Part shown: positions 10,746 to 20,800 of the stretch, in pieces | Layout of the letters: every line of letters begins with the position of its first letter | Position numbering within the stretch: the first letter of the stretch is position 1 | Origin: Schmidtea polychroa | Taxonomy: Eukaryota | Direction of reading: 5' to 3' | DNA length: 64,000 bases | Assembly: GCA_044892525.1 (NCBI GenBank) | Contig: CM097885.1 | Location: 18,478,001 to 18,542,000 of the forward strand | Notes under the pieces: generated by a model | The model's input: only the letters and a program-made list of their open reading frames with translations | What the model was told of the DNA's origin: nothing | Database searches by the model: none | Made by a program: the position numbers and the translations under genes

Positions 10746-12155
10746 TTAAAAATCTGTTTTCTGTAACTCATTATTATAAAATCTACCTAATATTTTTTCA
10801 TTATTTAAATCAAAGATGGTATATGTTATTGGAGTTGTATAATGTATTTTATTTATAATAAAAATTTCATTTGTCCATTTTGCTGTGAATCCTTTTTCAA
10901 ATTTATTTTTATATTTAAATATTCTTACTCGGTCACCAATTTTAAACTTTGGTTTTTCAATAACATCATTTTCAATATTTACCACTTTAATGGTTTCAGG
11001 CTTCATGGAAGCATTTAAAGGTGTTAATTTTATAGAACTATGTACATCATTATTATATTCATTTACAATCTTTTGTAACAATTCATTGTTCCATTTTTGT
11101 TTTCCAATAGCAGTAAAATATTTCCACATTTTATTTTTTAATGTTCTATTTAATCTTTCAACTACGACTGCTTTTCCTTCGTTTTCTGTTGAATATAATT
11201 TAATATCATTTTCATTTAAAAACTTTGTAAAAACTTTGTTATAAAATTCTGTTCCTTTATCACACCATAAATATTTTGGGATTCTTTGATTTTCTTCAAA
11301 TATATTTTCAAATGCTTCTGTAATAGAATATCCTGTTTTATTTTCTAAACATCTTGCAAAAGCAAATCTTGTATATAAATCTATTACAGTTAAAATTATT
11401 TTATATTTTTCAGGGTCTGATGATTTGGGCATAAATACTAAATCTGCAGACCATGTTTGATCTTTTTCATGTACTTGAACTTTTAAATATTTTTTATTTT
11501 TTCTAAATTCATGGTGTAATTCCTTTGCATATTTTATTTCTGATTCTGTTGGGGTTTGTAAACTAGTCTTGGCTGTACTCTCGAGGGATCTTTCAATCTC
11601 TGCTTGTTCGATAATCTTTTTATAAGCAACATCTTTTGCTTTCCTAGGAAGTCTTGCACCCATGGTGATCGGACTGTGTCCTAAGCCTATGAAAATCTTA
11701 CCTTTCATTGCTAATTTAACTAGAGCTCTTTGAATATTTTCTTGGGTTGATGGATTTTGGATACTATTTAAATCATGTATTAAATTCACATCTGCAACAT
11801 GTCTATCTCTAAGATTTGTTGAATTGTATGCAATGTCATGTTTTAAAGCTGCTTGATCAATTCTATTTATTGGTTCTTCTCCTTGTTTGGGATTATTATT
11901 TTCATCTAATCTAATATCTAGACGTGTTCCTGGTCCAGTATAGTTGTGTTTAAATAAATGTCTTTCACCTGGATATTTTTCTGTAGTAAAAGGTTTTAAT
12001 ATTGAAGATGTTGTTTTTGAAGATTGCAAATCGCCTCCAGCTCGTGGAATTAGGTCACCTACTGTATGTTTTTTAGTTTTAAGATGGCTTGCTTTATGAT
12101 GTCTTGTAACTTGACAATTACAAGTTTCACATCTCCAATATTTATTTAAAGACAT
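10746..12155 (-). CDS. Zn-finger + parvovirus-type PLA2 domain + retroviral-like integrase (single ORF)
   Basis: CETC..H..H; YTGPG and DQAALKHDIAY; WSADL, WCDKGTEF and VVERLNRTLK (DDE); KFKIGDRVRI SH3-like tail. Confidence 0.85.
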   Translation of the reverse strand: MSLNKYWRCETCNCQVTRHHKASHLKTKKHTVGDLIPRAGGDLQSSKTTSSILKPFTTEKYPGERHLFKHNYTGPGTRLDIRLDENNNPKQGEEPINRIDQAALKHDIAYNSTNLRDRHVADVNLIHDLNSIQNPSTQENIQRALVKLAMKGKIFIGLGHSPITMGARLPRKAKDVAYKKIIEQAEIERSLESTAKTSLQTPTESEIKYAKELHHEFRKNKKYLKVQVHEKDQTWSADLVFMPKSSDPEKYKIILTVIDLYTRFAFARCLENKTGYSITEAFENIFEENQRIPKYLWCDKGTEFYNKVFTKFLNENDIKLYSTENEGKAVVVERLNRTLKNKMWKYFTAIGKQKWNNELLQKIVNEYNNDVHSSIKLTPLNASMKPETIKVVNIENDVIEKPKFKIGDRVRIFKYKNKFEKGFTAKWTNEIFIINKIHYTTPITYTIFDLNNEKILGRFYNNELQKTDF

Positions 12156-12184
12156 TTTAAAATGTTAAAATATCAGGGATTATA

Positions 12185-13473
12185 TCAAGAATCTCCCCTA
12201 ACATTTTCGATTATTGAAATCTTTCCACCATATAATTTCATTTCTATTTTCTTTTCTTCTAATATTAATGTACATATACTTTAGCTTTAAAATTAGAATC
12301 CTTTGTTACATGAAGTGTAACATCAACATTATTTATGGCTAGGCGATCATCTTGGTCTGAAACATTTATACAAAATATAGAATATAAATTTTTGAAATCT
12401 TCTAAACTTAATTGCGGTTCAACTTTGAAATCATAACATGTTTCAATATAATTTAGATATGGGAATATGTTTTCATTATTTTCAATATTAAATTCCATTC
12501 TATTTATTGGATAATAAGAACTATTTAATTGAATTTGGATTGTTTTTAAATTATCAACTCCAATCTTTTGAATAAACAAGTTGTTATTTTTTTGGAAAGA
12601 TGAATCTACTTCTTTGAATCCAATCAAGATATATCTTGGTCGGTATGCTAAATTTGCTACCTTTATAGAATATGTTGAACCCTCTGTCATACTAAATTCA
12701 CTTCAGATTCTATTTAAATAATTTACATTTATAGACTTGTTGGAATTTAATCTTTCAAGGAGTTTAATCTCAGAATGTGGGTTTAATGTCCATTCAGGTA
12801 TATGTAATTCAAGTGTTGATAATTTTAATTTAGCTTTTGTATCTACAGCTCCATAGAACAATCTTTTATCACCTTCTACTCTATTACAGATGAATTCTAT
12901 AAAAACATTATGAAGTATACGATTATAGTTTTGAAGGAATCCAAACAAGTGTTTTAATTCAAAATAACCTTCAAATTTTTTAGATTTATAAAGTTCAGCT
13001 CTTTTATGGTAACCATGGTTTACATCTAAACCATCTTTATCTAAATCCCCTTTATTAACATCAGGAATCCAACCTGTTAATTCACCATATTCGTTTTTAT
13101 AATCACAATCAGTCAAAATAAAATTTAACATTGTAGAATATACTCCCGGATGCAAAACAGTTTCAATTTCTGATGATCCTAGTTTTAATCTCATGTTGGA
13201 GAATAAATTTGGAAAGAAATTATTCTCTAGGGTTATATCTTTGTTTGCTTCAATTTCTAATTCAATTTTATAATATAATTTGGCATTACAAATATCTATA
13301 GGGTTTGATGTTTGAAGAGATTGAAAAACTATATCACCCCTACGATTTAAGTTTGCAATAGATCCTGAAGTTGGGGAGATTTTAAGTACATCGTTTTTCT
13401 TGATTTCATGAGTAAATTCTTTATTATAATCAAGATTTAATTTATTTTTTTCTTGAATTTTTATATTATTCAT
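12185..13473 (-). pseudogene. Major capsid (hexon-like double jelly roll) protein, with an in-frame TGA at 12703-12705 and a frameshift near 12270
   Basis: LENNFFPNLFS..L....IE, LKHLFGF, RPRYILIGF, YSIFCINVS; size and position fit the Polinton MCP. Confidence 0.75.
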
Positions 13474-13529
13474 TTTTATATATTAAAATTTACACACACA
13501 CAATAGGATTAATTAAATATATTTTGTAA

Positions 13530-13612
13530 GCCATTATAGCGGAGTGGGAATAGGCTTCAATTTTATCACCGGGAGTACCGGGTTCAATTTTCGATTTTGG
13601 TCAATTTTTTTC
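13530..13612 (+). ncRNA. tRNA-like Pol III unit 1
   Basis: A box TAGCGGAGTGG (13537), B box-like GGTTCAATTTT (13581), tRNA-like length, T7 run immediately after. Confidence 0.45.
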
Positions 13613-13772
13613 GATATTTTTTTTCAACGGAATCTGATTCAGCGTACTGATTTTAGTATATATTTAAATTTTCAGATGGATCTGAGTGGTAGTTGTCGAG
13701 AAAATGAATAATTAATTATCAATTTCATCAATAAATAGTCACACATTAACAACTTATTTTATATTGAATATA

Positions 13773-13852
13773 GCTCTAATAGCTTAGTGGTAATAGCACT
13801 CGACTGCATTGCCAATACCAATGGGTTCAAATCCCATTTCGGTCATATTTTT
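13773..13852 (+). ncRNA. tRNA(Cys)-like Pol III unit 2
   Basis: TAGCTTAGTGGTAATAGCA D-arm/A box, CT-GCA loop, perfect T-arm ATGGG-TTCAAAT-CCCAT, T5 after; acceptor and anticodon stems do not pair. Confidence 0.6.
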
Positions 13853-14013
13853 CAAATTTTTTTTAACGAAATATTGATCAGCATACTCGATTTAGTACTT
13901 GTACAAATTTTTAATGAGATTGGTCAACGGCAACTCTTGGAAATTTAAGATCAAAAACGTTTTAACTTAAGCTACCAAAAATTAATATATCCAATAAAAA
14001 AATATTTATAAAA

Positions 14014-14283
14014 ATGGATGAGTTAAAAGAAAGAATGAGAAATGAATTGAATGAAGTTAAACATAAGAGAATGAAAAGAAGAGAAGAAGAACCATTAGAA
14101 TACATCAAAGAGTTGATGGTAGATAATGAAAAGTATCGACATTTTTATATGAAGGCTGTAGATGTTGCTGATATAAGATTGAAGAAAATGAAACAATTAC
14201 AGGAAAGAGTTAAAGAACTTGAATCGATTATTTATAGTCTAAAAAATGACAAAAATCCAATCCTAGATAGCGCAGTGGGCTAG
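14014..14283 (+). CDS. Small charged coiled-coil protein
   Basis: 89-aa ORF with the same AAAATG start context as the other Polinton genes; its 3' end runs into the TIR. Confidence 0.5.
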   Translation: MDELKERMRNELNEVKHKRMKRREEEPLEYIKELMVDNEKYRHFYMKAVDVADIRLKKMKQLQERVKELESIIYSLKNDKNPILDSAVG

Positions 14284-15179
14284 ACCGGCACCGTGGTTCA
14301 AATGGATAGCGGTTCAAATCCTAACTGTGGTTAGTTTTTTTTTCAACATAAAATAATATTAAAAATTTGAAAATAATAGTGTGGGTATCTTATATTTATA
14401 AAGTACTTGTATATTTTATTTTATTTATTTTATTTTATTTTATTTTTTTATAAATTAATTATTTTTTAAACATAAATATGAAAAAAAAAATATTGAAACG
14501 GGTGATGGTGGCGAACCGGTAATTATCGCCACCTGTCTTTCGAACACCCCCGGATCGATCCCGGTAATGTGCACATTTATTTCTCAGTTGTTTTCGGACC
14601 TCTTTCGGATTCGCTTTCGAATTCATTTGTACTTTCGAGCAGCACACTTAAAACGCCGATGAAATCGACTTCGTGAGCGAGAAGCGAATAATAAGGTGTG
14701 CTGCTATTATCGGATTGATTCTGATGTATGAGTCTGGCCAGCTTGTATATTGGAAGAGATTCGATAAACGAAAGAGGTTGAAATAAAAAAAAAAATGATC
14801 CGGATCAAAAAAACTGTTGAGGGGACAATGAAAAAAAAAAAAAAAAAAAATACCACTGTCCCCTCAGAGCAGTTTTACTATTTTTCATTTATTTTTTAAT
14901 TTATATAATTTAAAATCAATAATCTGATAAAGATCAAATAGCCCTCTAACTTTTTCATAATGCCATTTTCTTTTCTATTCTCTTTTTAGTTTGAAGCTTT
15001 TGAGTTTGAGGCTTTAAAGATTAAAACAGTTAGAGTCATTAAGGGTGGTTGTTTTCAAAATATAGGGTTAAAATACTATAAAAGTATAAGTTTTAGGTTG
15101 TTTTTTCTAATAGCTTAAGTGATTTGGAGGCATGTTTTTGTTGGGGGGCTGTTTTGGTTGGGTATATAACCACACTACT
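14236..15179 (+). repeat. Terminal inverted repeat of Polinton A (~945 bp)
   Basis: Close match to 16882-17845; ends CACACTACT. Confidence 0.85.
14261..14343 (+). ncRNA. Pol III unit 3 (in TIR A)
   Basis: A box TAGCGCAGTGG (14268), GGTTCAAATGG (14295), B box GGTTCAAATCC (14311), T9 terminator. Confidence 0.55.
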
Positions 15180-16807
15180 GTTTCTGAAATTCCTCGAAAT
15201 GTATATTCTCTAGATTCTATGAGTTCAGGATAATTACTTTTAAATAATAATTTATAAGCAGATGGTAATTGTTTAGTTTTTTTAACACTATTAGGTTTAT
15301 TCCTTTTTCTTAGAAAGGCTTTCATCCTCTCTGGTTTCATCTTCTCTCCTGAGGAGTTCCAGGAATCCATGAGTTTATTTTTTTCTATTATTTTTAAATA
15401 TTGTTTAACCAAATGTTGTTTACGATTTATAGATTCAAAGTCTCCATAAACCACTCCTACTGTTTGTAGTAAATTTGAAAAGTTTTTAAAATACATCTTG
15501 GGATTATTAGGCATTTTAATTAAAGCTGGTTCATCTTTTTCACAAAATCTTGTATGTTTAATCATAGAGTTTTTAGTTGTTGAATAATGAAGACATCTTT
15601 TACATGTTCCTCCTCCACTAGTTGGATTCTCTGGTGATGTAAAAGCTTGAAAGTTTTTTATTAAAACATAATGTTGATTATTTTTTTGTTCCAAGATTAA
15701 AAGATATATCTCCCTAGTGTTATCCTGGGGTTCGTTATCTCTAACTTCATAATCTGAAATATAAATTGGAATAATTTCTCTGCTATTAACATGTTTCCCT
15801 TTAACACGTTCATAAATATTAATTTTAAGATTATTTAAACTTTCAAATTTTGGAATGTCTTCTAGTTTCATTGGATGTTTGAATCCTTTGGGAAATATTA
15901 ATTCATTTTCATATTGTTTGTATTTTGAAACTCTTTGAGGGTTTGATTCTTGAGGGCGTAAATGTGCAAGTATTGACCAGACGAAACATTTGTTATCATT
16001 ATTCTGTATGTTTATAACATTTTTAGATTTAAAGGGTGTAGGAATATAAGATTTAGAATTAGGTGGTAATCCTCTCCAATAATCAATCACTAAAGTTTGG
16101 AAAGAGTTGAATACTAAGTTTGAATCTCCTAATTCATTTTCAACCTCTTCTTGTTTTGCTTCTACTGCTTGAATTATTTCTTTGATGGTTTTATCAAATA
16201 CTTTAGTTGAAAATAAATATTTAAAGGGTATTCCAATTTCAACATCTAAAGGTGTTGTCTTTTCTTCTGCTCCTCGCCAGTATTTTGTTTTGATTATAAT
16301 TTTATATTTTATAACATTATACCTTGTCGGTTTATGATTTTTTAAAGCTTCAGTGAAAGAATTTTTAATATTTTTTTTATTTTTATTTATATATTCTCCA
16401 GGAGTTATAGGTCCATTGATTTCTAATTGAAATTCATCTACATGATTAAAATCATCCCAGTTATATTTTTCTCTTTCAACATGATCAGGTTCTCCTTCTG
16501 AATGACATTCCTCATCGTCAGAATTTTGTTTTTTATTTTTACATTCTTTTATATGTTCTAAATAATAGAAATTTACTTTTGTTGAAAAGTTACAGTGAGA
16601 ACATGTAAATATTTCTCTATTTTTCCCGATACAATTTTCAAAATGTTTATTATATCCAGAATGTAGAAATCTTCCTTTACATTTAGGACAAACTTTTGAA
16701 TTTGTATCATTAAGATTGTTTTCTTTTAATAAATGAGCTTTCGATTTTAAGTGAGAAATTAATCCAGTTTTATTTTTAAAAACTTTATTACAAATATTAC
16801 AATTCAT
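15180..16807 (-). pseudogene. Protein-primed PolB N-terminal half, copy B, cut by insertion of copy A
   Basis: Three N-terminal Zn fingers, NDNKCFVWSILAHL...QHYVLIKN (OTU-like Cys/His), CKRC..H..C, ExoI VYGDFES; the last ORF residues are read-through into TIR A. Confidence 0.85.
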
Positions 16808-16881
16808 TTTTAGAAAAAAATTTTTTATTGGATATCCTGTTTTGATTTTTTATGTTTTTATATTTATTTTCATAATGTGAC

Positions 16882-17845
16882 AGTCTAAAAAATGAGAAAA
16901 ATCCAAACCTAGATAGCGCAGTGGGCTAGACTGGCACAGTGGTTCAAATGGATGGTGGTTCAAATCCTAACTGTGGTTAGTTTTTTATCAACATAAAATA
17001 ATATTAAAAATTTGAAAATAATAGTGTGGGTATCTTAGATTTATAAAGTAGTTGTATATTTTATTTTATTTTATTTATTTTATTAATTATTTTATTTTTA
17101 AACATAAATATGAAAAAAAAATTATTGAAACGGGTGATGGTGGCGAACCGGTAATTATCGCCACCTGTCTTTCGAACACCCCCGGATCGATTCTTTAATG
17201 TGCACATTTATTTCTCAATTGTTTTCGGACCTCTTTCGGATTCACTTTCGAATTCATTTGTACTTTCGAGCAGCACGCTTAAAACGCCGATGAAATCGTA
17301 TTCGAGCGAGAAGCGAATAATAAGGTGTGCTGCTATTATCGGATTGATTCTGATGTATGAGTCTGGCCAGCTTGTATATTAGAAGAGATTTGATAAACGA
17401 AAGAGGTTGATAAATAAAAAAATGATCCGGATCAAAAAAACTGTTGAGGGGACAGTGAAAAAAAAAAATACCACTGTCCCCTCAGAGCAGTTTTACTATT
17501 TTTCATTTATTTTTTAATTTATATAATTTTAAATCAATAATCTGATAAAGATCAACTCCGGAGTTTGATTGCGATCAAAAGTAGTGTGTATATAGCCCTA
17601 TCCCAAATAGCCCTCTAACTTTTTCATAATGCCATTTTCTTTTCTATTCTCTTTTTAGTTTGAAGCTTTTGAGTTTGAGGCTTTAAAAATTAAGGGTGGT
17701 TGTTGTTTAAAATATGGGGTTAAAATACTATAAAAGTATAAGTTTTAGTTTGTTTTTCTAATGGTTTAAGCGTAATGGAGGTATGTTTTTGTTGGGAGGG
17801 TTGTGTTGGGAGGGTTGTGTTGGTTGGGTATATATACACACTACT
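16882..17845 (+). repeat. Terminal inverted repeat of Polinton B (pPolB-proximal end)
   Basis: Matches 14236-15179; ends TATATACACACTACT. Confidence 0.85.
16906..16987 (+). ncRNA. Pol III unit 4 (in TIR B)
   Basis: A box TAGCGCAGTGG, GGTTCAAATGG, GGTTCAAATCC, T7; boxes unchanged relative to unit 3. Confidence 0.55.
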
Positions 17846-20800
17846 TATGAATCAACTAAGATAATAAATTAATAAGATAAGATCTAGTAGATAATTGATT
17901 TAGATTGAATAAATTAATTGAAATAAAATTAATTTTAATTATTTTTTTAAAAGTACTCAAATTGATTGACTGATTGCTCAATATATTCAAAAAAACAGTA
18001 TAAATTAATTACAATTATCAAAGTCATCAATCTACAATAAAAATAATTATCATTAAATTCCAAAAGAGACTGATAACTAATGATAACATCTAATAAACCA
18101 GTATATTCAAGTGAATTCTCTAATAAAATCATCTAAAAAGCATCAAATTTCCCTGAAATATCTCTATCTTTTAAGATTAGTATCTTATCGATAAGTACTT
18201 GTTAAAGATCATATATTCACCTCAAACTAATAAGATTCCTTAAAATCCCTGAAATGACTATATTTCAACCCTTTATCCATATTATTACAAATATCATCAA
18301 AAAAGCATCAAATTTCCCTGAAATAACTCCAACTTTAAAGATTAGTATTTTATCGATAATTACACTTAAAAGGATATATATTTCCCTCAGACTAATAAGA
18401 TTCCTTAAAATCCCTTTAAATGACTATAATTCTAACTTTAATTCCTATTATCACGAATATTTCCCTATAAAACATGTAAAATAATTTGATCATTAACACT
18501 AAATAATTTATAAAATCTAATGATAAAACCAGTTATAATTAAATTTTTATTCTAAAAATAAATCACTCTATTTGAAATTTTAAATAAATATTACTACAAT
18601 ATAACTGACTAGGTCCCATTGAAAGATTAAATTTATCCATTCAATAAAATATATTTCTTCAAATGATCATTTTTACCAATATTCAACCGATTTAATTACT
18701 AATTAAAATCAAGATTTCTTTCAATAAAGATCAATTTTATTTAGTTGTTGTCGATGTTTTAAGTCCATATTTTTCAACTTTTGTCATTCTCCGTCTAAAT
18801 AAAGATAAAAATAAATTAAAGTTGATATCAATCCCAATTATCTGTAAAGTTTTCATTGTCAAAACCAAGTAAATCGATCATTATCCCTACTTAATAGAAC
18901 ATTGTTCTAAAACATAAATCTAAATTAATATACAATGAATTAATCACAACCTAATAAAACGATATAATTATTATTGATTCATAACTGACTAATTGCAATT
19001 TCCCTTAAAACATTGATATTTGACCAACATTACCCATGTAAATATTCAAAAGATTCCCATCGAAACCCTTCCCTCATTAAAAGCAACCGACTATATCTTT
19101 CTTAAAATGAAATATTCCCATATTAACCGACTATATCCCATCTTAACCGATCTCTCATTAAATCTAACCGACAATATCCCATCTTATCCGATCTCTCAGC
19201 AAATATTTCTACCCTTTTAAACATCTATCCGATTATATCCCTTAATTCTACCCACTTGAATCCTCCTTTAATTCACTCAATCCTCTTAAAATCCTTAGAG
19301 AGAATTCTTCAAAAATATGACTTTTCATAAACTGTTAAAGACACCAGGCATTCTTCCATAGAAATAATTTAGAAGCTAAATAATAAGAGCCCACTAACCA
19401 ATCAAAATCATGGAAGGGCAGGGAAAAAATATATTACGTTGCGGTATTTTAAAATTAAAATTTATTTTAAAAACACATTTTGACGCTAAAGTCGACTTAT
19501 GTAACAAAGATATAATAAACTCATTATTTTCTACAAATATTTACCATCAAATACCTAACTGGAGATGATATATATTGTTTGATGATAATTCTTCAGCTAT
19601 TCAGCCAATCATTTTCAAGCAATAACAGCAAACTAAATTTCTGTATATCCTACAATAATTATCAAGTAAATTTAAAGTCCCTGATAAAGTTAACTGGTTT
19701 CTTAGCCTATGTTTTTTAAAGTTCATCAATGTGTAAATATTCTTAGAAAATTATTGAAAAATTATTTAGTCAAATACATTAAAAAGTTATCATCAAAAAT
19801 CACTTAATTATTAACCTAATTGTCAATGAAATTAATTTTTATTTAAAAACTATTCAATAAAATACAACTAATTATCAAGAAATTAATTAAATTTATTAAT
19901 TAAATTTATCAGTCAACATGAAAATCTTAGAAAATTATTCAATATCTTCATCAAAATTTATCCTATCACTTGATTATTGTACAAAAATAAATTTTTATTT
20001 AAAATTATCAAGAAATTAATTAAATTTACCTTAGAATTAGCATTAAATTTTTAAATATTCATTCAATAAACATGAAATTCACAAAAAACGATAAAAATTC
20101 ACAAAAATGATAGAAATCCGCAAAAATAATAGAAAATTACAAAAAATGATGGAAATTCACAAAAAACGATAAAAATTCACAAAAATGATAGAAATCAGCA
20201 AAAATAATAGAAATTTACAAAAATCAAAGAAATTCACAAAAAACGATAAAAATTCACAAAAATGATAGAAATTTACTTGAATATTTACTAAAACCATCAA
20301 CTCTAAAAATTATCAATGAATACCTTAAACAACAAATTTGCCTAAATAATCATTCAAATAAAAGCATTAAATACCTTTACGACTAATACCCTTGCGACGT
20401 TGAATGTGAGTAGTACCCTTGTGAGCAATACCCATAGGGGAACAGAATATTTTGTCGGATAAACTCAAAGTATATATAATAAAACCCATTCAAATTTTTC
20501 ATTGATTTAGTCAAATTATCATAAATTTCGATAAAAAATCTAAAGTGGTAAGCAATGAAAAAGACAATTATTCTTTAAACTATGATAAAATTAACAATGA
20601 AGGTGGTAAGAATCTTCATTAAAGTGAGGAAATTATTCATTATTCGATGATAAATTCAAATGGGTGAAAATAATTGGTAGAATAATTCATTAATGGAGGT
20701 AAATACTGAGAATGGGCATAGATAAGATGAAGGTTGATAATAATGGAAGTATATTAATTGAATTTATTTAAAATTATTTCAGAAAATTCATAAATTTAAT

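Larger units (their letters stand above)
4109..15179 (+). mobile_element. Polinton/Maverick copy A, missing its pPolB-proximal end
   Basis: Carries the Polinton core gene set; ends in CACACTACT at 15179 (reverse complement AGTAGTGTG, a Polinton-type terminus). Confidence 0.9.

Noticed and set aside
6593..12705. TGA recoding or read-through (in-frame TGA in fiber A and hexon A; also in Penelope and Gypsy pro)
   Set aside because: TAA/TAG stops and frameshifts also occur, TGA ends other genes, and copy B has ACA at the fiber site; ordinary decay is simpler
13773..13845. Functional tRNA-Cys(GCA) gene
   Set aside because: Acceptor and anticodon stems cannot pair; called tRNA-like instead
100..16812. 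AAAATG before most Polinton genes as a poxvirus-like late promoter
   Set aside because: Cannot be separated from the normal A-rich Kozak context of an AT-rich genome
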